Positions 28,222 through 35,964 of a DNA stretch of 64,000 nt are shown here, piece after piece. Under the pieces are notes generated by a model, which worked only from the letters and a program-made list of their open reading frames with translations, made no database searches and had not been told where the DNA came from. Source of the DNA: a virus (Duplodnaviria > Caudoviricetes); IMG/VR virus record IMGVR_UViG_3300009031_000221, positions 448,001 to 512,000 of that record; one strand, written 5' to 3'. The position numbers were made by a program, and so were the translations under genes. The stretch's first letter is position 1. Every line of letters begins with the position of its first letter.

Positions 28222-28628
28222 TAGCCAGCCCTCCCCGCGATGCCCGTGATCTGATCGCCGCCACCGCCACCATGGGTCGGGCTGCTTCCTGGGCCATACC
28301 AACGATCATGGGGATTGCTGCTGAACGTGCGGACATCGCGCTGTGGCGTGACACCCTTCAGGTTCAACCCGTAGCCTTCCAGCATGATGCGAAGGGTCGT
28401 GTTGTAGATGCCCGTGTACAGGTGCAACTTGACCAGTTCCGAGGTCGTGAACGTGTCCCGGTCGCTATCCATCATGAACTGGACGAAGTCTTCCACGGAT
28501 GCGAATTCCGGTTCCTCCTCCAGTTCCGGGGGAAGCTCCGGGTTCTCCATGTGGCGGAAGTCCGCATCACCCTTGCCGAAGCGGGGTTCGGGCTTCTCTT
28601 TCTCAGGGACGTAGGAAGTGCGTGCCAT
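28221..28628 (-). CDS. Hypothetical protein
   Basis: 135 aa, behind class A promoter. Confidence 0.75.
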   Translation of the reverse strand: MARTSYVPEKEKPEPRFGKGDADFRHMENPELPPELEEEPEFASVEDFVQFMMDSDRDTFTTSELVKLHLYTGIYNTTLRIMLEGYGLNLKGVTPQRDVRTFSSNPHDRWYGPGSSPTHGGGGGDQITGIAGRAG

Positions 28629-28666
28629 GTTCGGTTCCTTCAGGCGTCGTTCGCGCCCTATGTAGG

Positions 28667-28693
28667 ATCTACGCTGGCAGGAGCGAAAGTAAG
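28667..28693 (-). promoter_or_regulatory. Class A promoter motif
   Basis: Reverse CTTACT-N13-GCGTAGAT. Confidence 0.85.
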
Positions 28694-28694
28694 C

Positions 28695-28895
28695 CTAAAG
28701 CATGCCCATCATTATCAACGTGCCCCCGAAACATCCGGCGCTGCCGACCAACAGGATGGCTTTGTAGAACCACGGGACACCTGACCAATTGTCCCCATCA
28801 TTGACGCTGATGACGTAGAGAAGGGTTCCCGCGGATGGCAGTCCGAAGACAAGGATAAGCATAAGTCCTTGGATGATGTTCGTAGGGATGTTCAT
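28695..28895 (-). CDS. Small two-TM membrane protein
   Basis: Two hydrophobic helices. Confidence 0.7.
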   Translation of the reverse strand: MNIPTNIIQGLMLILVFGLPSAGTLLYVISVNDGDNWSGVPWFYKAILLVGSAGCFGGTLIMMGML

Positions 28896-29344
28896 GCCTT
28901 GTCACCTTGGGCATCCCACCCATAATTGTCCTGCTTCTTCGCAGCCTTGCGGGACAATTCCTGGGGCAGGGGCTTGGTGCAAACGAACTGCAACACCGGC
29001 CAATGGTTGAGTTCCTCGAACACCGTCCAACCCTGCTCCTCGGCGAAGATCTTGGCAACACGTGTTGCCTCCGCACCGAAGTAGGCATACGAATGGGATC
29101 CGAAGCCTTGCAGTGGCAGGGTCATGTTGTAGGCGTCTTCCACTGCCTGGTAATCGACGGTGACCACGAAGGTGTAATCGTAGGTATTTTCCTGAACCTT
29201 GAGCTTGCCGCCCCTGACCGTCATTTCCATGGGACGGCTACTGTAGCCACAGGTGCTACTGCCATGGATGGTGATGGGGTACGTCTTTTCAGCAATGGTG
29301 CCGTTGGCCTGTTCAATGCCGTTACGATACATTCCGAGGTTCAT
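28892..29344 (-). CDS. Hypothetical protein
   Basis: MNLGMY start, GGAG RBS. Confidence 0.7.
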   Translation of the reverse strand: MNLGMYRNGIEQANGTIAEKTYPITIHGSSTCGYSSRPMEMTVRGGKLKVQENTYDYTFVVTVDYQAVEDAYNMTLPLQGFGSHSYAYFGAEATRVAKIFAEEQGWTVFEELNHWPVLQFVCTKPLPQELSRKAAKKQDNYGWDAQGDKA

Positions 29345-29367
29345 TGTGCATTCTCCAAGTTCAGATG

Positions 29368-29775
29368 TTAGGGTTCCCAACCCTCGAGGGTGCAACCGCC
29401 ATCCATCGGGTTCGATTCCGGGTTGATGACCCGATCCCCGACGATGAAACGGCCGCGGGAAATCGGCTCCGCATCCAAGATGGTCGTGCGGTACTTGCCG
29501 TTCTTGGCGTACTGCGAAGACAAACGCTTGTTCGCATGGAACTCACGCTCCGCACCGTAGGCCAAATCAAGCGTCGAGTACGGGCCAACGATGTGGTTCT
29601 CGTCCTGGCAACACGTGCATCCCGTACGGCATTCCACGAAGAAGAGTTCCTGCGTGACAGGCGCCTCTTCATATTCTCGCCCAGTGCAGGGCGGGGCATC
29701 GTCAGTAGTCCCGCCTGCCATGTCCGTACAATAGCCACAACGAGTGCAAGTTCCAAATGTCCAATCGTGCTGCAT
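29368..29775 (-). CDS. Cys-containing hypothetical protein
   Basis: 135 aa, behind class A promoter. Confidence 0.7.
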   Translation of the reverse strand: MQHDWTFGTCTRCGYCTDMAGGTTDDAPPCTGREYEEAPVTQELFFVECRTGCTCCQDENHIVGPYSTLDLAYGAEREFHANKRLSSQYAKNGKYRTTILDAEPISRGRFIVGDRVINPESNPMDGGCTLEGWEP

Positions 29776-29815
29776 CGTTCGTTCGTTCCTTGAAGGACTT
29801 CATGCCCTACCATCT

Positions 29816-29842
29816 ATCTACGCTACTAGAAGGGAAAGTAAG
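29816..29842 (-). promoter_or_regulatory. Class A promoter motif (divergent pair)
   Basis: Reverse CTTACT-N13-GCGTAGAT. Confidence 0.85.
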
Positions 29843-29857
29843 TCATGACCCGTTGGA

Positions 29858-29884
29858 CTTACTTTCTTGGGGAGGAGCGTAGAC
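29858..29884 (+). promoter_or_regulatory. Class A promoter motif (divergent pair)
   Basis: CTTACT-N13-GCGTAGAC. Confidence 0.85.
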
Positions 29885-29922
29885 AGGCTACCCGGGCGTC
29901 AATGCCCTGCTAGGAGGCACAC

Positions 29923-30360
29923 ATGGATCTCAATCAAGCGTCGGAACAGGAACTTCAAGAGGAACTCCGGAAACGGATGACCCAGCGTGTGGCAACGGCT
30001 CTTCAAGACGTAGAAGCCCAGATGCAGGCCACCATCCTGAAGGAGCGCCTCCGCCTTGGCGATGACGAAGAAGTCCTTGTGTCGCTGCATTCCCTGCCCG
30101 TGGGCAGCCTCTTCGTGACCCGGGAACGCTACACCCCGGAGACGACCTATCAGCGGACCTACAAGGTTCAGAACTGTCCGACTCGCAATTCCGTGGGTAT
30201 CCTGGATGTGACCAATGGCGACATTGGCATGGTTTGGACTCGTTCCGGAGGCGGCAAGTACATCAATTACCTGGTGGTCAATGGGCATCAACTCGTTCTG
30301 GCGGCAGGGGATGTCCCCCGGTGGCACGACAAGGTCATCCCTCTCCTGTACAAGGGCTAG
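29923..30360 (+). CDS. Hypothetical protein
   Basis: AGGAGG RBS, 145 aa. Confidence 0.8.
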   Translation: MDLNQASEQELQEELRKRMTQRVATALQDVEAQMQATILKERLRLGDDEEVLVSLHSLPVGSLFVTRERYTPETTYQRTYKVQNCPTRNSVGILDVTNGDIGMVWTRSGGGKYINYLVVNGHQLVLAAGDVPRWHDKVIPLLYKG

Positions 30361-30411
30361 GGGTACTGAAAGTTCTCCCAATAGGGTAGAACCAGTCCCG
30401 GAGGTTCATTA

Positions 30412-31266
30412 ATGGCAACTGCAGGCAGTATTCCCGAGAAACTCGTCGTTGTTCTGAAGAATTCTTGCAAACACAAATGGCAAGGAGGAGAATTCGTAGC
30501 TCCTGATGCCTATGTCACCGATGCAAAGTCCAAGACTGCATTGGAGACAGCAAGGAATTGGGCAGTCCGTACCTACGGATACCAAACAGCTCCGGATGCT
30601 AATACCACTTCCCCCGCCATCGTCGAAATCGACAATGAACCCTTCAACACCCTTCGCATTGTCGGAATGGAAGAGCGTGGGGAAGGCGGGCGTGCATGGA
30701 AGGTCATCACACCTCAAGGTTGGATCGTTGACCTTCGTGAAGACGTATTCATGGAGGCACTGTTTGGGCATCGCATCACCAATACTGCGGGGCTTGAAAT
30801 CAAAGGGCCGTTCCGTTGGGTTGTCAATGGATCACAGATGCGACTTGCCCTGGTAGACTCCTCCTTGTACCGGGACATTGCCAAGCTCGACGCCATCAAG
30901 AAGTTGCCTCAGGCAGGCAAAATCCCGGCTGCATCCTTGGTAGTAGGTGGCCTCTATACTTCCCTTGGATGGAAGGATCGGCGTTACAACAGATCCCGAT
31001 ACAGCGTTTTCCTGGGCCATGTTCGGCACAAGGGCAAGAAGGCCTTCGCATGGTATGAATGCTATGCGTCACATCCCATCACAAACGCCGATATTATTTC
31101 AGTACAACAGGAAATCAATCGGTGGGCAACGGGGCATATTACCATCACAGGTGCCTTGTCATGTACCGAATTCGCAGGGACGATCATCGTCCCGCCTCAG
31201 AAGCCCGCGAAAATCTACAATGGTTACGGGGACACTGTAGACGTGGGGGACTTGGACTGGCTGTAA
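30412..31266 (+). CDS. Hypothetical phage protein
   Basis: GGAGG RBS; GGRAWKV..G..VDLREDV pattern. Confidence 0.8.
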   Translation: MATAGSIPEKLVVVLKNSCKHKWQGGEFVAPDAYVTDAKSKTALETARNWAVRTYGYQTAPDANTTSPAIVEIDNEPFNTLRIVGMEERGEGGRAWKVITPQGWIVDLREDVFMEALFGHRITNTAGLEIKGPFRWVVNGSQMRLALVDSSLYRDIAKLDAIKKLPQAGKIPAASLVVGGLYTSLGWKDRRYNRSRYSVFLGHVRHKGKKAFAWYECYASHPITNADIISVQQEINRWATGHITITGALSCTEFAGTIIVPPQKPAKIYNGYGDTVDVGDLDWL

Positions 31267-31919
31267 CCAGCCTTGTATTCGTGGTTGTCCCACCAAGTCC
31301 GTAGGCGTGCCACATTCCGTTCCGCTTCCTTGACCACTTCCTCAGTCACCTGATCCCTGCATCCTACTCCTCCCCCACAGCCCCCGTCACACCAAACAAC
31401 ATGCAGTGCCGCCAGTTGCTTGTTCCGATATTCTGCAACCTCTTGTGCAGTACGGATTTGCTTTTGCAAGGAACGGATGTGCTTGGTCATCGTCGCAAGG
31501 ATATCCTTTTCCCGTGGAGCCCAGGGATCGTACTGACGCATCCTGCGGATAGAATCATCCACTTCCTTCCGCCGTTCCTCGGGAGTCTCGGCACGGTACA
31601 AGCGTAGCTGTGCCTCAAGCTCCTTGATCTTCTTGCGGGATGATAGAAGCGCTTCCGCCATGAACTCAATGACAATCTTGACACGTTGAATGTCATCCCG
31701 CTCCTCCCCCCAGAAGATTTCCTTCCAATAGAACTCCTTGGCGAGGTTGAATCGGGTCAATACCTCCAATGCCCCGTTCTGGTATTTATCCAGTGCGGTT
31801 TTGGCATCTTCCCACTGCCCCCGAAACTTCCGGTAATTCCAGTTCTCCGTTTCCACCGCCCGTTGAAGGCGTTCAATTTCCTTGTCCATTGGTTTTTCCT
31901 TTGTAGCGAACCAACTCAT
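31224..31919 (-). CDS. Coiled-coil hypothetical protein
   Basis: 231 aa, heptad-rich. Confidence 0.7.
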   Translation of the reverse strand: MSWFATKEKPMDKEIERLQRAVETENWNYRKFRGQWEDAKTALDKYQNGALEVLTRFNLAKEFYWKEIFWGEERDDIQRVKIVIEFMAEALLSSRKKIKELEAQLRLYRAETPEERRKEVDDSIRRMRQYDPWAPREKDILATMTKHIRSLQKQIRTAQEVAEYRNKQLAALHVVWCDGGCGGGVGCRDQVTEEVVKEAERNVARLRTWWDNHEYKAGYSQSKSPTSTVSP

Positions 31920-32413
31920 AGCTTGACCTCATCGGGATACAGAGTCATCAGGTCGCGGAGCCGTTGCCGGTCATTCGCTTCATTCCGAATACGGGCCTCC
32001 TTGATAAGTTCTTCCTTCCGTGCATCATCCTCGGCCTTAATCTTGGCAGCCTCTTCATTCCGTTTTGCAACCACCACGGAGGCCTCGGCGAGTGCTACCT
32101 TGCCGCCATCAGCAAGTTCAGACAGGGAAATATACTTCTCATGTGTCCAACCCCCATCACCACGGTAAGCCGCATACTCGTGAAGATGGACCGTGACACC
32201 ACCCCAATCTTCGATCTCGATGCTATCAATCTCAGGGCGCTTCATGAATATTGGGGTCTTTCCATCCCGGCTAATCCACCAGGGATCCAGGTCGTAATGT
32301 GCCCAGAAGTATTCCTCCGCAAGGCTACGGAGAATATTGGTGCAACGCATGAGGTTTTCAAGTTGTTTGGCCGAATAGGTCTTATTCGGGTCTCGATCCA
32401 TCTCGTACATCAT
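31916..32413 (-). CDS. Hypothetical protein, paralog of next gene
   Basis: LAEEYFWAHY; C-terminal RLRDLMTLYPDEV. Confidence 0.75.
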   Translation of the reverse strand: MMYEMDRDPNKTYSAKQLENLMRCTNILRSLAEEYFWAHYDLDPWWISRDGKTPIFMKRPEIDSIEIEDWGGVTVHLHEYAAYRGDGGWTHEKYISLSELADGGKVALAEASVVVAKRNEEAAKIKAEDDARKEELIKEARIRNEANDRQRLRDLMTLYPDEVKL

Positions 32414-32982
32414 TTGGCAATGACCTCCGGGTATTTCTCCGCCAGTTCCTTCAACCGCTTCTTGTCCGCCGCTACCTGCTGCCGACGTTCCTTCTCCTCG
32501 GCCTTGACCTTTGCCGCTGCTTCCGCTGCCTTCTTCGCCTCATGCGTGGCCTTCAAATCCGCCAAGATAGCGGTTTGATCCATCCACAGGTAGGACAACG
32601 GGAAAGTGTAGGTATGTGAATCATCCCCACAGCACCCACGCCCACAAGCACGAGCACGGGCATCAACCTCAATCATCGCCGGGATCTCCGTGATGGTGGT
32701 CAGTTTACCCGTCCAATTGCACTTGTCACAACCCGCACCGGACTTGTACTTGGGGTCGTCCCCGCTGAAACAAGGGCACGTTTCCGTAACCTTGTTCGTT
32801 CGGGCATCCAGGAAGGATACTTCAATCCAGGGGTCATGACGGAAACCGGTGAACCAATCTCCGTCCTCATCCCACTCTGGTTCCGCCCTATAGCGTGCCC
32901 AGAAGTAATTCGCTGCCAACTGTGTCACGATCTCTCGACCGCGAAGCATATCCACGACTTGTTCTTCGGTGTAAGTTTTCAT
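32410..32982 (-). CDS. Hypothetical protein, paralog of previous gene
   Basis: LAANYFWARY; C-terminal RLKELAEKYPEV. Confidence 0.75.
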   Translation of the reverse strand: MKTYTEEQVVDMLRGREIVTQLAANYFWARYRAEPEWDEDGDWFTGFRHDPWIEVSFLDARTNKVTETCPCFSGDDPKYKSGAGCDKCNWTGKLTTITEIPAMIEVDARARACGRGCCGDDSHTYTFPLSYLWMDQTAILADLKATHEAKKAAEAAAKVKAEEKERRQQVAADKKRLKELAEKYPEVIAK

Positions 32983-33003
32983 GTTGTTTCAGCCCAGGGG
33001 GAC

Positions 33004-33044
33004 GAGGACAGCAGGACGAGTATCGAACCCGCCCTGCTGTCCTC
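33004..33044. terminator. Stem-loop
   Basis: GAGGACAGCAGG / CCTGCTGTCCTC. Confidence 0.55.
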
Positions 33045-33051
33045 ATTCCGA

Positions 33052-33708
33052 TCAGGCTGCCTCCTGCTTCGGGGCCTTGGCGGCATCCAAAGCAGCCTGA
33101 GCCGCTTCCAACTTGACGATAGCCTTATCCCGATTGGTTACGATGTACGCCAAATCCAGTTCATAGCGGGTGGTAGCCATACCCTTGGACTTCGCATGTG
33201 CCATGTCCCGGGCAATGCGATCCATCTTGACAACCCACTCCTTGACCTGAACCTGGGCGGCGCCCACGGCAGTCATCTTGGAATGGAGCGCCTCAATGGT
33301 TGCCTTGTCCGTGACGATCTGGTCACGGGTGACGGCACCCACATCCAGCCACATCTGAACGTGGCTCAACGTGTTGTACTTGGTCTCGGTTTCCTTGTAT
33401 CCCGCCTTACCCTCACCCAGGTCATTCGGGATGAAGGAAGCGATCTTCGTAGCCAACCGCTCCTTCTCATACCGCAAGGATGAATCGTAGCCGTAGAACC
33501 CGGCACGCAAATACCGGGGATTGGACTCGATCTGAAGGTAGGTACGGCCACGCAAGAAGCAGTAGGCCAACAAACGGCAACGGCGATCATCCGAAGAGGT
33601 CTTGAAAGGCCCCTTCTTCGCATCTTCCGTGTCGGACTTGATGGAGTCCTTCAAATTGGCCAGAGCCGACTGGTACTGAGGATTAACGATGTAGGTCTTG
33701 GTATTCAT
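33052..33708 (-). CDS. Hypothetical phage protein
   Basis: RLLAYCFLRGRTYLQIE pattern; MNTKTY start. Confidence 0.75.
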   Translation of the reverse strand: MNTKTYIVNPQYQSALANLKDSIKSDTEDAKKGPFKTSSDDRRCRLLAYCFLRGRTYLQIESNPRYLRAGFYGYDSSLRYEKERLATKIASFIPNDLGEGKAGYKETETKYNTLSHVQMWLDVGAVTRDQIVTDKATIEALHSKMTAVGAAQVQVKEWVVKMDRIARDMAHAKSKGMATTRYELDLAYIVTNRDKAIVKLEAAQAALDAAKAPKQEAA

Positions 33709-33709
33709 T

Positions 33710-33870
33710 GCTGCGTATCCCTTTGCCCCCGAGTCCCGCCTGTGGCGTGGATGGTAGTGGGGGCGTTTGATTGTTTGTTCAGACACTAGAATCTAGCTGA
33801 ACAAACAACCGGGGGGGCCGCGGCAATGATGTACTTACGTGTGGGGCAAACGAGTCATGGTTTTCATCTC
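33710..33870 (-). promoter_or_regulatory. Structured leader with uORF
   Basis: GGAG-RBS uORF MTRLPHT* (33835..33858), 12-bp hairpin TTGTTTGTTCAG/CTGAACAAACAA, alternative C-run/G-run pairings. Confidence 0.45.
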
Positions 33871-33891
33871 CAATGGCACAATAAGCAATTC

Positions 33892-34194
33892 TCAGTGCCC
33901 TGTCAAGTGCCTTACAGGCAATTCGTACAGGACGAACATCGTGGTCACAACACTACCCGATAGAATGACTCTGTATTCAAGGTTACCCGGCTTTTCATGA
34001 ACCCACCATACAGTAGGGACTCCCGTCATGATTCCAAGTCCCGCCATTACCCATCGAACAACTTCCGGCATCGGTCCAATCAATCGAAGGACTTCCGGCA
34101 TCGACCCAATCAAGATATTGAAGCAACCTATGATGATGCATGCGGCACACATCTTGGCTACGTCATTCTTGACTTGGGCCGATACCGTCGTCAT
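33892..34194 (-). CDS. Three-TM membrane protein
   Basis: Three hydrophobic segments; directly after pspA. Confidence 0.7.
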   Translation of the reverse strand: MTTVSAQVKNDVAKMCAACIIIGCFNILIGSMPEVLRLIGPMPEVVRWVMAGLGIMTGVPTVWWVHEKPGNLEYRVILSGSVVTTMFVLYELPVRHLTGH

Positions 34195-34199
34195 TTCGA

Positions 34200-34979
34200 T
34201 TACGCCTGCACGCTGGTGGTGTTCGGCGTCAGCAGGGCGCTGAGGTCAGCGTTGCTCGCAGCCGGTGCCGCCAAGGCGGGGGTTGCGGGCTGAACGATGT
34301 GGGCTTCCACGGGCAAACCCAGCATCTCCGCCAGGGTCGCCTGCTCGAGAGCCTTCTGCTCTGCCTCGGTCGTCAGGAACGTAGACGAAGCAAGGGCATC
34401 CGTCGCGACGCGGGTGATGCCTTCCGCATTCGCCGCACGCTCGTCAAGCGAAGCCTCGATCTTGCTGAGGCCACTGCCGGAGGTGTCGAACACCTGAACC
34501 GAAATCATCTTGGCGAGATCCGCCTGCGACTCCAGCATCTCGGCCTTGGAGATCTTGCCCTTCACACGCTCGATGCGCTCGCGGGCTTCCTTGACGAAGA
34601 CATCACGCTGGCGGGTCTGGAGCTTGTAGGCCTCCTCCGAATGATCCCACTGCGACTGGTTCTCCGTAATCTCCGACTGCAGACGCTTGACCGTCATGGC
34701 GTACTGGCCCGCACGATCCGTCAGGCCGGCAGCATTCGCCGAAAGCATTGCCGCCTTCGCCTTGGCAAGCTCCGCCGTGGCGGTCGCGATCTGCATCTTC
34801 AGGCGGTTGCTCAACCCCTGGGACTTGCCGAGGGACTGGTTGTAGTTCGCCACCGCCAAGTTGTACTTGTCAACCTCGTTGGCCAACATCGCCTTGGGAT
34901 TGGCGTCCTCCGAATTGCTCACGAACAAGCTGAAGAAGCCCCTGAAGAGGTTCCCGATACGCCGAAACAAATTGAACAT
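34200..34979 (-). CDS. pspA: PspA/IM30-family protein
   Basis: MFNLFRRIGNLFRGF amphipathic N-helix, EDANPKAML, long coiled coil, IEASLDER. Confidence 0.85.
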   Translation of the reverse strand: MFNLFRRIGNLFRGFFSLFVSNSEDANPKAMLANEVDKYNLAVANYNQSLGKSQGLSNRLKMQIATATAELAKAKAAMLSANAAGLTDRAGQYAMTVKRLQSEITENQSQWDHSEEAYKLQTRQRDVFVKEARERIERVKGKISKAEMLESQADLAKMISVQVFDTSGSGLSKIEASLDERAANAEGITRVATDALASSTFLTTEAEQKALEQATLAEMLGLPVEAHIVQPATPALAAPAASNADLSALLTPNTTSVQA

Positions 34980-35028
34980 GAATGTATTCCTCGCTATTTG
35001 TGGGGCGTTGGTTAGCCCTGGTTTCGTA

Positions 35029-35055
35029 ATCTACGCACTATGATCTAGAAGTAAG
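35029..35055 (-). promoter_or_regulatory. Class A promoter motif
   Basis: Reverse CTTACT-N13-GCGTAGAT. Confidence 0.85.
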
Positions 35056-35073
35056 TCTACTGGAGTTGGAAAA

Positions 35074-35466
35074 TTAGGATTTCGGGGTGGCACCACATGG
35101 AATGACATGGACCATCTTGCATTGGATAACCGAAGGCTCCCAAAGCCGATGGTCAATCCGGCAATCGAAATCGGCACATGTCCCCTTGTTCAGGATGGCA
35201 CACCGGGTAGACAAACATTCGATCGCCAAGCTGCCGTCCCCGCCACCCACGTTCGTTACTTCATCCGAAGCCGTGTAGGGGCTCAACAGGATGGCAAACT
35301 TCTGCCCGCTTGCCATCGGTACACCGGAATACCGGGAACCCTCCGTGACCACCATGCCATTGACGGCACGGACGTACATGGGATCCTTCCATTTGATGAG
35401 CCCGTAAACAAGGAGGAGAAGAACAGCAACAACCGCAGCAATGATAAGTTTCGTTTTCATATTCAT
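35074..35466 (-). CDS. Membrane-anchored Cys-rich protein
   Basis: N-terminal TM helix, five Cys. Confidence 0.7.
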   Translation of the reverse strand: MNMKTKLIIAAVVAVLLLLVYGLIKWKDPMYVRAVNGMVVTEGSRYSGVPMASGQKFAILLSPYTASDEVTNVGGGDGSLAIECLSTRCAILNKGTCADFDCRIDHRLWEPSVIQCKMVHVIPCGATPKS

Positions 35467-35475
35467 CCTTTAGGG

Positions 35476-35561
35476 CGCCTCTAGTAGGATTCGAACCCAC
35501 GTTGTATCTTACGACAAGCCGGGTTAAAGTCGGCTCCCATCGTCCACTCGGGCATAGAGGC
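35476..35561 (-). tRNA. Class II tRNA with anticodon UUA (putative ochre suppressor)
   Basis: Acceptor GCCTCTA/TAGAGGC, G73; D stem CCC/GGG; AC stem GCCG(A.C)CGGC with loop CT-TTA-AC; long variable arm; T arm GTGGG-TTCGAAT-CCTAC; no encoded CCA. Confidence 0.8.
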
Positions 35562-35568
35562 GACGCTT

Positions 35569-35832
35569 CTAATTGATCCCTGACACACTCTCAATGGATT
35601 CCTGACGAATCATGGCATTCGCAGGATTCTCATCCTCAAGCACCCGCAGTCTCGAGTACAACTCGAGGGTGAGTTCCTGAGGCATTTCACAGATGGAATC
35701 CAGCTTCGCTGCCATCTTGACGATGGACAACAGGCACAACTTATTTGAAACACCGGACATAGATGCGGATGCGATTACCTCGCATAGACGCCCTTCTAGT
35801 TCCTGCAACTGCAATGCTTCCGGACTCGCCAT
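35569..35832 (-). CDS. Hypothetical protein
   Basis: 87 aa, AGGAG RBS. Confidence 0.65.
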   Translation of the reverse strand: MASPEALQLQELEGRLCEVIASASMSGVSNKLCLLSIVKMAAKLDSICEMPQELTLELYSRLRVLEDENPANAMIRQESIESVSGIN

Positions 35833-35855
35833 GTGAATTCTCCTGTTGACGACCT

Positions 35856-35882
35856 ATCTACGCATACTAGATCGAAAGTAAG
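35856..35882 (-). promoter_or_regulatory. Class A promoter motif (divergent pair)
   Basis: Reverse CTTACT-N13-GCGTAGAT. Confidence 0.85.
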
Positions 35883-35898
35883 TCTCCATCAAGCCGGA

Positions 35899-35925
35899 CT
35901 TACTTTCAGGCCTAACTGCGTAGAT
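35899..35925 (+). promoter_or_regulatory. Class A promoter motif (divergent pair)
   Basis: CTTACT-N13-GCGTAGAT. Confidence 0.85.
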
Positions 35926-35964
35926 GTGGCGCATACCCGTGCATCAACGGGAACAAGGAGCCCT

